Part shown: positions 30,742 to 41,734 of the stretch, piece by piece
How the letters are laid out: each line of letters begins with the position of its first letter
Position numbering within the stretch: the stretch's first letter is position 1
Origin: Candidatus Bathyarchaeota archaeon
GTDB taxonomy: Archaea > Thermoproteota > Bathyarchaeia > Bathyarchaeales > Bathycorpusculaceae
NCBI GenBank assembly: GCA_963826715.1
Contig: CAWGYA010000007.1
Coordinates: 1-64,000, forward strand
DNA: 64,000 bases
Direction of reading: 5' to 3'
Program-made: the position numbers and the translations under genes
The notes under the pieces: generated by a model
Told to the model about the DNA's origin: nothing
The model's input: the letters and a program-made list of their open reading frames with translations, nothing else
Database searches by the model: none

Positions 30742-30800
30742 TTCAATTGTTTAAATCTACTTTTTGAAACCTTAAATAAAAAATCTATAGTTTACAACTT

Positions 30801-31274
30801 GTGACAAATATGAAGCCAATTATTATTTACTCATCAAAGAGTGGCAACACAAAAAAAGTCGCAGACTATATGGCTTCCCAAATAAGTTGTGATGCAATAA
30901 GAATAACCTCAGAGAACGCTTTGTCGATTATAGATTTGGAGAGTTACGATTTGGTTTTTGTTGGAACAGGTCTTTTTGCTGGAACTCCAAACGAAGACAT
31001 TATGCGGTTTCTCAAAAACCTAAATTTTAAAACCACTAAATTTTTTGCTCTGTTTATCACTTGGGGTGGGGCACCAAGAACCGATAAATTGGCTTTAGCA
31101 AAACTAAGGGTGCTTCTGGAAAGCAAAGGTCAGACAGTTCTTGAAGATCATTTTGCGTGTTACGGTGGATGGAAGGGAATATTGATGAAGAGGGGTCACC
31201 CGAAAACAGAAGAAATCACAGCCTCAGGCGAATGGGCAAAAAAACTCTTAGTTGATTTAGAAAAATCCATGTGA
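30801..31274 (+). CDS. Flavodoxin-family protein
   Basis: Motifs YSSKSGNTKKVA, YDLVFVGT and GHP. Confidence 0.85.
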   Translation: MTNMKPIIIYSSKSGNTKKVADYMASQISCDAIRITSENALSIIDLESYDLVFVGTGLFAGTPNEDIMRFLKNLNFKTTKFFALFITWGGAPRTDKLALAKLRVLLESKGQTVLEDHFACYGGWKGILMKRGHPKTEEITASGEWAKKLLVDLEKSM

Positions 31275-31302
31275 AAATAAAGAATACATGGAAGAGTGAA
31301 CT

Positions 31303-32118
31303 TTAAACCGAAAGTTGACGCTCCAGAAAATCCAAAATAGCTGGAGTTACCTTCTCAGGCATTTCTGTTTGAGGATAATGCCCTGCGCCTTCTACGGTTA
31401 CTAATTTAGCCGATAATTTATTCGCGACGAATTGTGCCTCTGCAGTGGGATTAGGCCAATCGGGATCTTTTGTTCCCACTATAACCAATGTAGGCGCCTT
31501 AACCTCGCTCAAGCGCTTCTCTACATGCTCTTTAGTCGAAGAACCTAAAGCCATTGCTGCTTCAAATCGACCTTTCTCCTTCAAGTTATCTCCCAAATTA
31601 GTTAAATATTCATCGAAATCTGCTGGTTTTCGAGTTGGATAGAGCGATTTGTAGTAGGTAAGCCAAGCTGAAACCTTCCATGGACCATGCAACAGTAAAT
31701 CCATTGACAATTTTTTACTTAAACTCAATTCTGCATTCCGCAAGAAAGCACTAATTAGAACCAAAGACTTTACGGCTTCGGGACGCTCAACAGCCGCCCA
31801 AACTGCTGGAGCAGGCGAAAAAGATGTTGCCACAATATGCGCTGGACTAGCATTCAAATGTTCAATAAGACCTAAAATGTCTTGAGCGACGGCTGGAACA
31901 TCATATTCAGGCCAAGAAACACTTGATTCACCTTGCCCACGCAAATCCACGGTAACCACACGATACCCCTTCTTAATTAAAGCTGGGGATAGGTAACGAT
32001 ACTCACTTCGAAGTGCACCCATGCCGGGCAACATAATTACTGTTTCGCCGGATCCACCGCTGTCATCATACGCCAGAGATCCCTCTGGTCTTGTAAAAAA
32101 CTTAGTCATAATTCTCAA
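31303..32118 (-). CDS. Alpha/beta hydrolase
   Basis: DLRGQGES, nucleophile elbow ATSFS, GTKDPD and GAGHYP. Confidence 0.88.
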   Translation of the reverse strand: MRIMTKFFTRPEGSLAYDDSGGSGETVIMLPGMGALRSEYRYLSPALIKKGYRVVTVDLRGQGESSVSWPEYDVPAVAQDILGLIEHLNASPAHIVATSFSPAPAVWAAVERPEAVKSLVLISAFLRNAELSLSKKLSMDLLLHGPWKVSAWLTYYKSLYPTRKPADFDEYLTNLGDNLKEKGRFEAAMALGSSTKEHVEKRLSEVKAPTLVIVGTKDPDWPNPTAEAQFVANKLSAKLVTVEGAGHYPQTEMPEKVTPAILDFLERQLSV

Positions 32119-32384
32119 TATTTTTAATCCAATTAAAGATAATTAAACTTAATGCACAACCATCTAATCAAAATAAGTTTATAGTAGCCTCTAAAACTCA
32201 GAAAAACCCTAAAACCACAGGCTACCGCGAAAGTTATAAAATTCAATAGAACTACACCTTCCTATTATTGAGCCATTCAATGTGAATTTTCCAACTAGTT
32301 TTATATATTGAAAGAGCCTAAAACAGAAAAAGCCCATTGGATAATCAAATTTAGGTCTCTTAATGGGCGAATAAAAATCAAGCC

Positions 32385-33641
32385 TCAGAGTTTATCCAAC
32401 TTTATTGAAAGCAAAGGTACAACCATTTCTTCAACACTCATGCCTCCATGCGCGCCTAACTGCGGATGTATCCTATCTTCTTCAAAAAAAGGGTAATCAA
32501 GCAACCTATCACTGTTACTTAACGCGGCAAAATCCCCTAACTTCTCTTTTAATTGGCTAATACTTTTTGGCACCCCAAAAACGCCCCTCTCAATCAAGGA
32601 ATCAATTAAATATAGTTTAAAATCGACTAGATTCTTCTCAAAATAGCGTCTAAATTCATCCCTTTCGTCAGGCTTGCAAAAAAGATAGGCGGCTCTGCCA
32701 TCTCCAACCGGCGGCAACATCAAATGCTGCATTAACTCTGGTGTATCCTTTAGGTAGACTGACTGATTGATAGAGGCCAGGCCATGATCTGCAACTATCA
32801 CCAACATGGTTTCTTCCCTCGCTTCATTGGGTAACCCATCAATAAAGTCTTCTAAACCATGCTCGATTGAGGTTAATTCAAAAGTTGTTTCCTTTGTGTA
32901 TGGTCCATATTTGTGGGCAAGGGTATCAACACCACTATAGTAAACAACTGACAAGCATGGACCAAGTTGCTTCAAAGTCTCAGCTGTATGGGTCCACATA
33001 TCTGAACCCAACAGGTAAGGTATAGGTGTCAATCCTCTATGTGTAACCTGCGAAAGCACACTTCCAATAATAGCACCCTTCGTAACAACAGAGCATTTTA
33101 TCCCTTTCCGATCTAAAATGGGCAGTAACGGCTTAATTTCATGGGCAAAGTCGCTTACTAACTCTACTCTTCCACTGTAACCATAAATGGGTTTCATATC
33201 TAAGGTGTTGAAAATTAAGCCATACTTTTTGCTAAACATATGGTAGCCTATAATTTGGTGTTGCGCAGGCGACAAACCGGTGAAGACGCTACTTAGAGCG
33301 GTTGAGGTAGTTGAAGGAAAAACTGTAGTCATGGGTTTTAAACTGCCTTTTTCCGTTATCTCGGCAAAGGTTCCATTATGGTTTTTGATGTGATGGATAA
33401 GGCGTTTATACCCTAATCCATCAAAAACAACCAAAACAACTTTTTTTATACCTTCAAGCTCTGCAAAATAATCCCCAGCCATTGTCGAGGGCATAAGAGA
33501 ATTCCCCCCCAAGACTGACCCAATCTGTGGTATTATATTTTTTAAATTAAGCCCCTCATAGTCTGGAAAAACAAAACTTTCATCAAACACTTGCTTACTG
33601 AACAAATCCGCTAACTGGGTCTCAAAAAAATCTGTATCCAT
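32385..33641 (-). CDS. Alkaline phosphatase/nucleotide pyrophosphatase-family protein
   Basis: Motifs FDGLG, FPSTT, DTLAH, ADHG and HGGMS.EE. The start is taken at MDTDFF because the track ORF extension overlaps the divergent promoter region. Confidence 0.82.
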   Translation of the reverse strand: MDTDFFETQLADLFSKQVFDESFVFPDYEGLNLKNIIPQIGSVLGGNSLMPSTMAGDYFAELEGIKKVVLVVFDGLGYKRLIHHIKNHNGTFAEITEKGSLKPMTTVFPSTTSTALSSVFTGLSPAQHQIIGYHMFSKKYGLIFNTLDMKPIYGYSGRVELVSDFAHEIKPLLPILDRKGIKCSVVTKGAIIGSVLSQVTHRGLTPIPYLLGSDMWTHTAETLKQLGPCLSVVYYSGVDTLAHKYGPYTKETTFELTSIEHGLEDFIDGLPNEAREETMLVIVADHGLASINQSVYLKDTPELMQHLMLPPVGDGRAAYLFCKPDERDEFRRYFEKNLVDFKLYLIDSLIERGVFGVPKSISQLKEKLGDFAALSNSDRLLDYPFFEEDRIHPQLGAHGGMSVEEMVVPLLSIKLDKL

Positions 33642-33779
33642 AAGTACCTTAAAGCAACCTTTCCCTAAAAAGTTAATCAGAAGCAAACTAATCGTCAAGG
33701 GCCCAAGTTTATTAAATAACTCGTATTTTATGCAAAAACTTAAGGGTGATACCATCTGATTATATAGTGGCAGGCTTGA

Positions 33780-35066
33780 TTGATGAGCGGTCAAAGTCGC
33801 CCCAAAAAATTCTTGATCCCGACTTTCTTAATAGCAATTCTGGCGGTTTCAGCTCTTGGACTGCAACAATTCTACGGAGACAGCAGCCAAACCAACATAG
33901 ATAACAACCCATATGTGGGCATAGCATTCTGCGGAAACACAACCGCCGAAGCCAAAGCCCAAATTGACCGGGCCAAAAACTACACTAACCTATTTGTTTT
34001 GGATACAGGCAGAAGCGATCTAAGTAGAAACGAAACTGCCGTGATGGAAATCTGCGACTACGCTGTAGCCAACAAATTGAGCATTATTGTTAATCTAGGC
34101 ATCAAAAATGCACATGAAGACGACGTCACGACTTGGTTCTGGAACCAGCCAATGTCAGATATCAAAACAAACTGGGCCCAGCGGTGGGGTGATAAGTTCC
34201 TCGGCGTCTACTACAGTGATGAACCAGGAGGTATCCAACTAGACGGAAGTTGGGGTGCATGGTACGAATGGTTCCGCGGGCACCTTAGCGGAATTGACCA
34301 CTCAGCAGCTGAAGCATTATACGATATCTATCTCAAAATGGTAAATCGCGTAGACAACGGCACACTACCCCAAGACTACGATATAGAAGCAGACTTTTTT
34401 GTCAATGAAGTAATAGCAAAAGACTATGGCATGCAAAACTTAACCGCAGCTCAAATACCGACTTTTACATCTGACTACGGATTATACTGGTGGGATTACC
34501 TAGGTGGCTACGACGTTATGCTAGCTGAACTCGGCTGGAACGCAAGTGTAGCCCAGCAAATCGCCCAAGTCAAAGGCGCCGCAAGACTACAAGACAAGCA
34601 GTGGGGAGCAATGATCACCTGGAAATACTATGACGTGCCCTTCCTTGACACTGGTGATAAAATCTATAGCCAAATGCTGACAGCCTACAAGGCAGGCGCC
34701 AAATACATAATGATTTTCAACTACGCAAAAGACAACAACGGTAACACCGCAGCAGCCATGATCGATGAACACTACCTCGCACTTGAGCGCTTCTGGAAAG
34801 ATATACACACCCGAGAATATGCAGATTTAAGCACACCCGAAGTAGCGCTTGTTCTTCCACACAACTACGGCTGGGGAATGCGCGACCACTACGACACCAT
34901 ATGGGGATTCTGGCCCGCTGATGAGAAAACACAACAAATCGCAATCACAATGGGTCTACTGCTAGCAAGATACGGCGCCGCCCTAGACATTGTCTTTGAG
35001 GACCCAGCATACCCAGTTAGCCACGTAGGATATCAGCATGTCTACTACTGGAATCAAACCATCTAA
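33780..35066 (+). CDS. Secreted/membrane-anchored hypothetical protein, possibly glycoside-hydrolase-like
   Basis: N-terminal TM segment and motifs GVYYSDEPGG, TSDYGLYWWDY.GGYD and AELGWN. Confidence 0.6.
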   Translation: MMSGQSRPKKFLIPTFLIAILAVSALGLQQFYGDSSQTNIDNNPYVGIAFCGNTTAEAKAQIDRAKNYTNLFVLDTGRSDLSRNETAVMEICDYAVANKLSIIVNLGIKNAHEDDVTTWFWNQPMSDIKTNWAQRWGDKFLGVYYSDEPGGIQLDGSWGAWYEWFRGHLSGIDHSAAEALYDIYLKMVNRVDNGTLPQDYDIEADFFVNEVIAKDYGMQNLTAAQIPTFTSDYGLYWWDYLGGYDVMLAELGWNASVAQQIAQVKGAARLQDKQWGAMITWKYYDVPFLDTGDKIYSQMLTAYKAGAKYIMIFNYAKDNNGNTAAAMIDEHYLALERFWKDIHTREYADLSTPEVALVLPHNYGWGMRDHYDTIWGFWPADEKTQQIAITMGLLLARYGAALDIVFEDPAYPVSHVGYQHVYYWNQTI

Positions 35067-35306
35067 AACAGAATAGCTAAACTCGATACCGTGAATCGGG
35101 TAAAATAAAAAAAAGTCTATTTACTCTTCTTTACTGCTGACCTTCAGCATCCAGAATTTCAATAGTTATCCTGACCAGAGATTTGGGTTTAATGATCCGC
35201 CTTAATTGTTTGGGGATTGAAAGACGGTAGTCTACACCTACCGTACCCTCCAATATAACGGATTTATCATTCGCGCTTAGTATGTTGATTTCTCTTTTCG
35301 GCACGA

Positions 35307-36221
35307 TCATGGCCCCACTGTGTTGTTCGCGGGAACTTGTAACAACAGGTAGGGGGCTGTTCCGTTAGCATCGCTAACCCAATATAGCGGTAGTTTTCCA
35401 TCCCATCCTATTGCATACAAGTACTGGATATATTCAGGGGTTAATTGCTCTTGTATTATCTGGACGGCTTGCGCTGTCGCATCAGCGGAAATAACGGTTG
35501 CATTAGCATTCGCATTGGCGATAGTAACTAACGCAGTTGCATTAGCAGTGGCTTGAATAACTTGCTGTTGGGCTTCATATTCTATTTGTTGAAGTTTATT
35601 CTTTGCAGCTAAGGCATTTTGCTCGGCAGTTACTTTGGCTTCTATAGCTTGAGTGAAGGAAGGCGAGAATTGGAACTCCGTCACCGAAACCGATAATACT
35701 TCAATTCCATAGGTTGAAAGTTTGCTCTTTAAGATATTGAAGAATGAATCTTTGACAGATTCACGTTCTGTGATTAATTCTGTGGCTACATACTTTGCTG
35801 TTGCTGCTTTGAGAGCTTCTTGAATGTTTGGTGTGATAACTCTTGTTTCGTAATCATTTCGTAAATCACGGTAAATAGTCAATACGCTGTCTGATCTTAG
35901 GCGGTAGTTTACTGCTACAGTTGTGGTTACTTCTTGTAGGTCAGAGCTTGCTGTTGATTCAGTTGCTACTGCTTTTTGGATTTGAATGTTCACCAGTGTA
36001 ATGTCTTGGGCAATTGGAACTACCCAGCGCAGCCCCTCATTTTCTACATTGACGGCTTCGCCCCAATTTAGACGAACTCCTTTGTAACCGGCAGGAACTG
36101 ATCGCGTGGCTGCCAATGGGATTGTAATTACTATTAGTGCAATTATTACTATTGCAATTATTTTTTTTATTGTTGATGGTCTGATTGTTGGTTTTACATT
36201 TGTTGGGGTTTGTTCATACAT
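35307..36221 (-). CDS. SPFH/prohibitin-family membrane protein
   Basis: N-terminal TM segment, VPAGYKGV, EGL..VVP, FS..F..AIE.K and an Ala-rich coiled coil. Confidence 0.9.
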   Translation of the reverse strand: MYEQTPTNVKPTIRPSTIKKIIAIVIIALIVITIPLAATRSVPAGYKGVRLNWGEAVNVENEGLRWVVPIAQDITLVNIQIQKAVATESTASSDLQEVTTTVAVNYRLRSDSVLTIYRDLRNDYETRVITPNIQEALKAATAKYVATELITERESVKDSFFNILKSKLSTYGIEVLSVSVTEFQFSPSFTQAIEAKVTAEQNALAAKNKLQQIEYEAQQQVIQATANATALVTIANANANATVISADATAQAVQIIQEQLTPEYIQYLYAIGWDGKLPLYWVSDANGTAPYLLLQVPANNTVGP

Positions 36222-36667
36222 ACCATATCACTCCTTGGCATATATGTGGTATAAAAAAGGTGTATATAAGGCATTTGTAACAAAAAACACAATTGCGCCA
36301 TTAATTGAGCTAATTTACGATAGCTTTACAAAATATCTTAACTACATCAGACAATAAAATGCTTGAGAGAGTAATTTTTTGACAAATGTCAAATGTTTTC
36401 GACACGGGAAAAAAGGGATGTAGCTTTTTTTTGGAGGTTTAACTTTTCTAGTACTTACCTTTAGTGGAGGAATGACTGCAAACCAGTCAGAATGAACGAA
36501 GTCGACGCTGTAATAATGGCGAGCACTGACGAGGCCAAGGATAACCATTTCGCTGCGTTAGGATGCTTTCGAAGTACGCAAATAGTGCGGTTGTGGTTGC
36601 TATGAAGACAAAGAACCAAAGGTACAAACGCATTTGCTCAACAAATAATAGCCAATTACAAAACTAT

Positions 36668-37309
36668 TTAGTCCTTGGGTCTTCCAGTTGATCCCGTATT
36701 TTTTTTTATCCTTTCTTCAAACGTAGGATAAGACTGGGGTAAACTTTTTGATAGTTTAATATCCAAACTACTTTTCGTTCGAAGACTACTTATTTTGACA
36801 AGTGCCGATATCATAGCCTCCCCTTTATCAATCTTAACTGAACTAAGGTCGCATTCCATCTCCTGCTGACGTTGCCATTTAGCATTAAGAAACAACAAAA
36901 CTATCATAGAACAAAAAGTGACCACTCCCCCAATCAATATACTTAATAGATAATTTCCAAAACTTGAATAAGTCAAAAAGACTGTGATTACCGCAATTAT
37001 TAAAGCAGGCATTGGCAATCGCCAAAATCTTTTTCGTCCATGTCTTTGATTTAGATGAGTAAATTCATGAGCCGTGACGGCTTCTAATTCATCTGGAAGA
37101 AGAATTTCCAAATACTTAGCATCAAAAACAACTCTGTCAAATGACGCCAAGCCACCTTGCATCAAAAATCTGGCCTTATAGTATCTATCTATTTTTTCCC
37201 TTCTCAAAATCTTGGTTACTTTTAACCTCTCAGCAAGGTCATCAAGAACCTCTGATCTAAAAGGCTCAGCCTTAAAGACCTTCGAAAATAGAGTAGCAAA
37301 GATTCCCAA
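36668..37309 (-). CDS. M48-family (HtpX-like) membrane metalloprotease
   Basis: ELEAVTAHEFTH, two TM segments, RQQEMECD and YPTFEERI. Confidence 0.75.
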   Translation of the reverse strand: MGIFATLFSKVFKAEPFRSEVLDDLAERLKVTKILRREKIDRYYKARFLMQGGLASFDRVVFDAKYLEILLPDELEAVTAHEFTHLNQRHGRKRFWRLPMPALIIAVITVFLTYSSFGNYLLSILIGGVVTFCSMIVLLFLNAKWQRQQEMECDLSSVKIDKGEAMISALVKISSLRTKSSLDIKLSKSLPQSYPTFEERIKKNTGSTGRPKD

Positions 37310-37494
37310 GTTATCATCCTTCTTTTAGCATTCCAATACATTCATAATTTGTTTTCGGAAGATCTTTCTTCTTTAAGCTTGCTCTGCCCCTGAAAAAGCG
37401 GTATGACATTTTCCAAGAACCTAAACGAAAAGCACTATATTATAATTCAACTGTAGATATCTTAAAGAAAGTAAACTCAAATCTAGCCAAACCA

Positions 37495-37848
37495 TTGAGG
37501 AAAAAGCTATTGGAACCATTAAATTGGACATGTGTTGATTCAGAAGGAAGTCTCTTTTCAAGGGGGAAACATGATTATTATGCGATACTTGTCAGAGGAG
37601 TACCTGTAGAACGGCCAAAGGATTGTATTATAGAGCTTTTTGTTACGGATAAAGATATGACACTTTCAGACATTAAGTACAATCCCGAAAATGAAAGAAT
37701 TGAATTGTTATCCCGCATTATTTCTTCAGGAAATTTGTATCCTGAGAAAAGTATTCAAAAAGCAATTGAAGAAATGAAAGATTATGCTGCCCGGAGAGAG
37801 AACGAGAATCCTTTCAGTTCAGTTACTAGTGCTTATACTTCAAAATAG
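37495..37848 (+). CDS. Hypothetical protein
   Basis: 117-aa ORF filling the gap between genes; no motif recognised. Confidence 0.4.
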   Translation: MRKKLLEPLNWTCVDSEGSLFSRGKHDYYAILVRGVPVERPKDCIIELFVTDKDMTLSDIKYNPENERIELLSRIISSGNLYPEKSIQKAIEEMKDYAARRENENPFSSVTSAYTSK

Positions 37849-37862
37849 ATTGTTCAAAAGGT

Positions 37863-38930
37863 TCATTGTTGAATCCTAATCTCATTACTACCTCGTAACT
37901 TGTCTTTATCAAGTCTAATTTTAGTTAAAACGACTAATGAAGACACAAAAATTAATGTCAACAACACTACCAAAAATGAAGTTTCAGGCACTGAAGGTGT
38001 TGACGTGGGAGCTAAAGTAGGCTTAGTTGTAGGTTGCATGGTCGAAGGTGCCGTTGGAATAGGTGATTCTGTTTGAGTAGACGTGGGTGTTGGATTATGT
38101 GTTGCTATCGGTGTTTCTGTAAAAGAAGGAGCGGGGATTAGTTCGTTTGAACTTATATACAATGTGTGTAAAACATCTGTTAACGTATTCACAGCTAGGT
38201 TAAGCGATTCTCCAGCTCTATTCCAATAAGTAGGATTAGAGGTGTCATAGTTTTGGTTAATCCAGGTACAATTATAGCTGCCACCATTATCAAATGTGGT
38301 ATCCCTAGCAACGTTTAATGTTGCATCATAAACAGTTAAACTAACTAAAGTTCCGTCATAAGATAGATAGCTATTGTAAGTGTCAATGTACTCTGATGTT
38401 CGAGTGTTAACATATGATTCATAATTCGAATGGAAATTACCTGTTTCAGCACCCCAATCCGTAGCTGAACCCATAACATGAGCAAATACCGCTACATCCG
38501 CGATATAGTGACTCATAATCCCAGCAGTCTTCGCTGCGTTGCTGTAGTCCCCGGAGTTTAGATAATTTAACGCTATTTGATATTCCTCTGACGCTCTAAC
38601 AGCTGCAAAATCTTCTTGAAGTGAACCGTTTGACCTGAAGTAAACGTGATGTTTTGAAGTATCCCCTATGTAGTCTGGAGCTTGATTGTTGTCTGGAAGC
38701 TCGGTTCCATAGAGGTACGCTTGAAGATTATCTTGTAAGTACTGTTTTTCTTGGGATGGCAGCCAATCCAGGGCATGTTGAGCTATCCAATCATGAGTCC
38801 CATAAACAGGCTGAGCGGGGGTTGATGAGTAGCCACCATTACTCCAGCAAAATGCAGTATCAAAATTAGAAGCAACCAGAAAAGCACAAGCAAAAAATAG
38901 AATAAATGTAAGCGCCCTTGATTTTTTCAT
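37863..38930 (-). CDS. Zinc-dependent phospholipase C / S1-P1 nuclease-fold surface protein
   Basis: Signal peptide followed by mature Trp (WSNGG), GTHDWIA, HYIAD and HSNYE. Thr/Pro linker, then VPET + TM + basic tail (PEF-CTERM-like). Confidence 0.8.
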   Translation of the reverse strand: MKKSRALTFILFFACAFLVASNFDTAFCWSNGGYSSTPAQPVYGTHDWIAQHALDWLPSQEKQYLQDNLQAYLYGTELPDNNQAPDYIGDTSKHHVYFRSNGSLQEDFAAVRASEEYQIALNYLNSGDYSNAAKTAGIMSHYIADVAVFAHVMGSATDWGAETGNFHSNYESYVNTRTSEYIDTYNSYLSYDGTLVSLTVYDATLNVARDTTFDNGGSYNCTWINQNYDTSNPTYWNRAGESLNLAVNTLTDVLHTLYISSNELIPAPSFTETPIATHNPTPTSTQTESPIPTAPSTMQPTTKPTLAPTSTPSVPETSFLVVLLTLIFVSSLVVLTKIRLDKDKLRGSNEIRIQQ

Positions 38931-39197
38931 TACCAGTTAAACGCTCGTTTTATTTATAATACCTTTTCTAAAAGCGAATTAAGATCATTTTGCTCTTTGC
39001 ATTCCTATTTTGCTGCATCCAGACTATAATGTCAATTCACTAAAATTTTTCCATTTCGTGCAATTGAAGCTAGGTCTTACAGTATTATCTCAGTTTTAGA
39101 ATTAATAAAAAATAGAAAGAAATTTTCAAATCTTGAATCCTATCTGCACCAATTCTTGATGCGCATCAAAGCTCTCGGAATACACAGGTAAGAGCAG

Positions 39198-39893
39198 TCA
39201 GAGTTTCAACGCACCTTTTAGCGAAGTAAACTCTTCGGGAGTGAGTACACCCTCAGCTATTTTGAGGGCAGCTTGGAATGACTCTGGAGGCATAACAGCT
39301 CGACCCTGCTGGAGAATATCTACTCTTTCCATCGGAGTTATGGCGGGGAGCATCATCGCAAGGTTTTCCATACTTTCTTCAGGTGTCGAACTTGCCATAA
39401 TTTCTTTGAAAACTTCCACAAGTTCATCGTTTGTGCAGAGTTTCCATAACGAGGGCATAGCATATTCTTCCTCATAATCAATGTGAGTAAAGTAAAACGA
39501 TATGAACCTAGACCAAGCTCGGTAAAATTCCAAAAGATTATCATCACGTTTGTCAAAATCATCTGGCTTAATCTTTAATTCTCCAAAGCATGCTACAAGG
39601 TCATCAAATTTCGTGTGCATGATTCTATGGTCATCATTTAGTTTGTCAGCACCTCCAGGAATTCTTTTCGCAAGTAACGGATGGATACATTTCTCTTCTA
39701 AGCTTGCGTGAAGGTACATATTTTTTCGAAATGCACTCAGTTCGTCTTCAAACTTTGTTATGCCCTTTGGGTCATTTAGATTTAAAGTTCCAGCTGCTTT
39801 GCTTATCATCGAGAACCTTAAGCGTTGCCCCTTGTGGGTATCAGTATAAAAATCAACATACCTTTGCAATTGATTTCCTCCATTTTTAGTCAA
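39198..39893 (-). CDS. Hemerythrin/HHE domain protein
   Basis: Motifs THKG.R, HASLEE, DH and HIDYEE. Confidence 0.8.
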   Translation of the reverse strand: MTKNGGNQLQRYVDFYTDTHKGQRLRFSMISKAAGTLNLNDPKGITKFEDELSAFRKNMYLHASLEEKCIHPLLAKRIPGGADKLNDDHRIMHTKFDDLVACFGELKIKPDDFDKRDDNLLEFYRAWSRFISFYFTHIDYEEEYAMPSLWKLCTNDELVEVFKEIMASSTPEESMENLAMMLPAITPMERVDILQQGRAVMPPESFQAALKIAEGVLTPEEFTSLKGALKL

Positions 39894-40114
39894 CTAGTTC
39901 TTTAAGTTAATATGTCAATGTTGGTGGTGATATGCAGTCACTCATTAAGAAATATCATCAGAAAAAAAATTAATCGAGATTAAATTACTCTAACCAATGC
40001 AATTGCTTTTTTCATAACCAAAAGCTACCAGCAAATAACCGCGCGCTCTCAAAATATTAAATATACAAAAAACACATAATCATAAAAACTTTTAAACAAT
40101 TAGGACTCTATGAG

Positions 40115-40888
40115 ATGGGAATTAAAATGCCATATTGTGAAAACTGCGGGAAAGAGGTAAGTTCAACTGGAAATTTTTGCACAAACTGCGGTTCACGCCA
40201 GAATATTATATCACAAAATCCACAAAATAACCAACCACAAAATGTTATCGCTCCTCAATCTCCAGATTCCAAACCAGCTACATTTGTTCCACCGCCACCC
40301 GATTCACAGATAAGCGCTCCAACAAATTCATCTTCTAATGTACTACCAATCCCTCCACCCCCACCCACTCAATCTAAGAATGAACCCGTAGTCGGAGTCA
40401 TAGTTTTAAGAAAATCAAAATCACTAGGCAGGTATGATAGCTATTCAGGAGTTTTAACCAACCAGCGATTCATATTTGCCCAATTGACCTCAGAGATGAT
40501 AAAGAATGCAGCTATGCAGGCAAAAAATCAAGCAAAGGCAGAAGGAAAAGGCTTTTTTGCCCAATGGTCTGAACAGATTCAGGCTTCTTATTCATTTTCA
40601 CGCAGATACCTCACTATGGAACCTGCTGCAATACTATCTGAAACCCCAGGCAATTTTGAGATTAATAATAGCGCCATAAGCGAAATTAAAGTAAAATTGA
40701 AAGACATTGGTACCCCTGAAAATGATAGGCACGAATTTGAAATCGAAATAAAATCTATTTCAGGAAAATATGAATTTAGAATGGATGAAAATAACCAAAA
40801 TACTGAGTTACTAAAACAAGTATATGGGCAACGAGTCAAAATGCCCTTTGGATACTTCAACCACAACATAAACATCAAAATAGGGTAA
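40115..40888 (+). CDS. Zinc-ribbon domain protein with Pro-rich linker
   Basis: YCENCG...FCTNCG, PPPP stretches and a PH-like C-terminal part. Confidence 0.75.
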   Translation: MGIKMPYCENCGKEVSSTGNFCTNCGSRQNIISQNPQNNQPQNVIAPQSPDSKPATFVPPPPDSQISAPTNSSSNVLPIPPPPPTQSKNEPVVGVIVLRKSKSLGRYDSYSGVLTNQRFIFAQLTSEMIKNAAMQAKNQAKAEGKGFFAQWSEQIQASYSFSRRYLTMEPAAILSETPGNFEINNSAISEIKVKLKDIGTPENDRHEFEIEIKSISGKYEFRMDENNQNTELLKQVYGQRVKMPFGYFNHNINIKIG

Positions 40889-41066
40889 CAGCGAAGGCAA
40901 TTGCCAAGGATTTGTAACTAAGAAATTGGAAATATGTTTGTTTAATGAAATTCCAAAGTTAATTTAAGATAGTTGTCACCAAAACACCTGAAAAATACTT
41001 TTCAAGAAGTGATAAAGCTATCACTAAAACTCTTTCTCGATAAAAGAAAAAGATTTTTTAGAAAAA

Positions 41067-41480
41067 TTATTTGACAACCAAAACCGGTAACTGCGTTTTT
41101 TTGATAACGCCATGACTTGTACTGCCCAAAACAAACTCCGAAAACTTCCCAGATCCCCCAGCTCCAATAACAATCAAGTCAAAATTATTCTTATCAGCTT
41201 CTTTGACTATTTGATCAACAGTATCGCCAGGAAGCAACAGAGTTTTAACTTTGAATCCTTCCGCTTTAGCTAATTTTTGGCCTTCAGCTAAAATTGTCTC
41301 AGCTTGTTTTTTAAGTAAATCAAAAAACTCTCTTTTAGAGGTAGCGTATATTGGTTCTTCTTCATACACATGAGTTATTGTGATTGATCCGCCTGTAACC
41401 TTTGCTATCTTAATAGCCTCTTGCAAAGCGTGTTTTGAGCACTCTGAGTCATTAATCGGAACTAATATTTTTTGGTACAA
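41067..41480 (-). CDS. Universal stress protein
   Basis: KILVP..DS and DLIVIGA.G......LGSTS. Confidence 0.9.
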   Translation of the reverse strand: MYQKILVPINDSECSKHALQEAIKIAKVTGGSITITHVYEEEPIYATSKREFFDLLKKQAETILAEGQKLAKAEGFKVKTLLLPGDTVDQIVKEADKNNFDLIVIGAGGSGKFSEFVLGSTSHGVIKKTQLPVLVVK

Positions 41481-41734
41481 ATAAGCTACCTAAACGATAA
41501 AATGCAATTAGAGAATTTATAATTATCGCAAACCCATATTATAGTAGAACCTACTTTTATAGCATGTGAGCACGAATTGTGTCGCAATCTACACCTCTAA
41601 TTTATCTAACAGAGTGTAAATTGTTGAATCATAACGGAATACCGCGGAAAATTTTTGATTTCCACGCGAGAATTGGAGTAATTCCGGTTCGCTTTAAGGC
41701 TTTATGCGAGGTAATTTAGAACTATGGGGATTAG

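Noticed and set aside
32385-33641. Second alkaline-phosphatase-fold gene as a possible extra pglZ
   Set aside because: It is a stand-alone nucleotide pyrophosphatase-type protein without PglZ N-terminal domains and lies 10 kb outside the cluster.
35187-35223. 37-nt GTTT...GGGGATTGAAAG resembling a CRISPR repeat, followed by a 7-bp hairpin
   Set aside because: Single copy with no spacers, no good internal palindrome and no cas genes. ATTGAAAG occurs several times elsewhere in this AT-rich window.
36342-36660. GC-richer intergenic stretch as possible ncRNA or small membrane gene
   Set aside because: No convincing fold and only fragmentary hydrophobic frames.
38938-38955. TAAACGCTCGTTTTA, similar to the TGAAAC-N4-GTTTCA operator, upstream of the phospholipase C-like gene
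   Set aside because: It has two mismatches and lies downstream of the TATA box rather than 9 bp upstream, so it is not counted as a regulon member.
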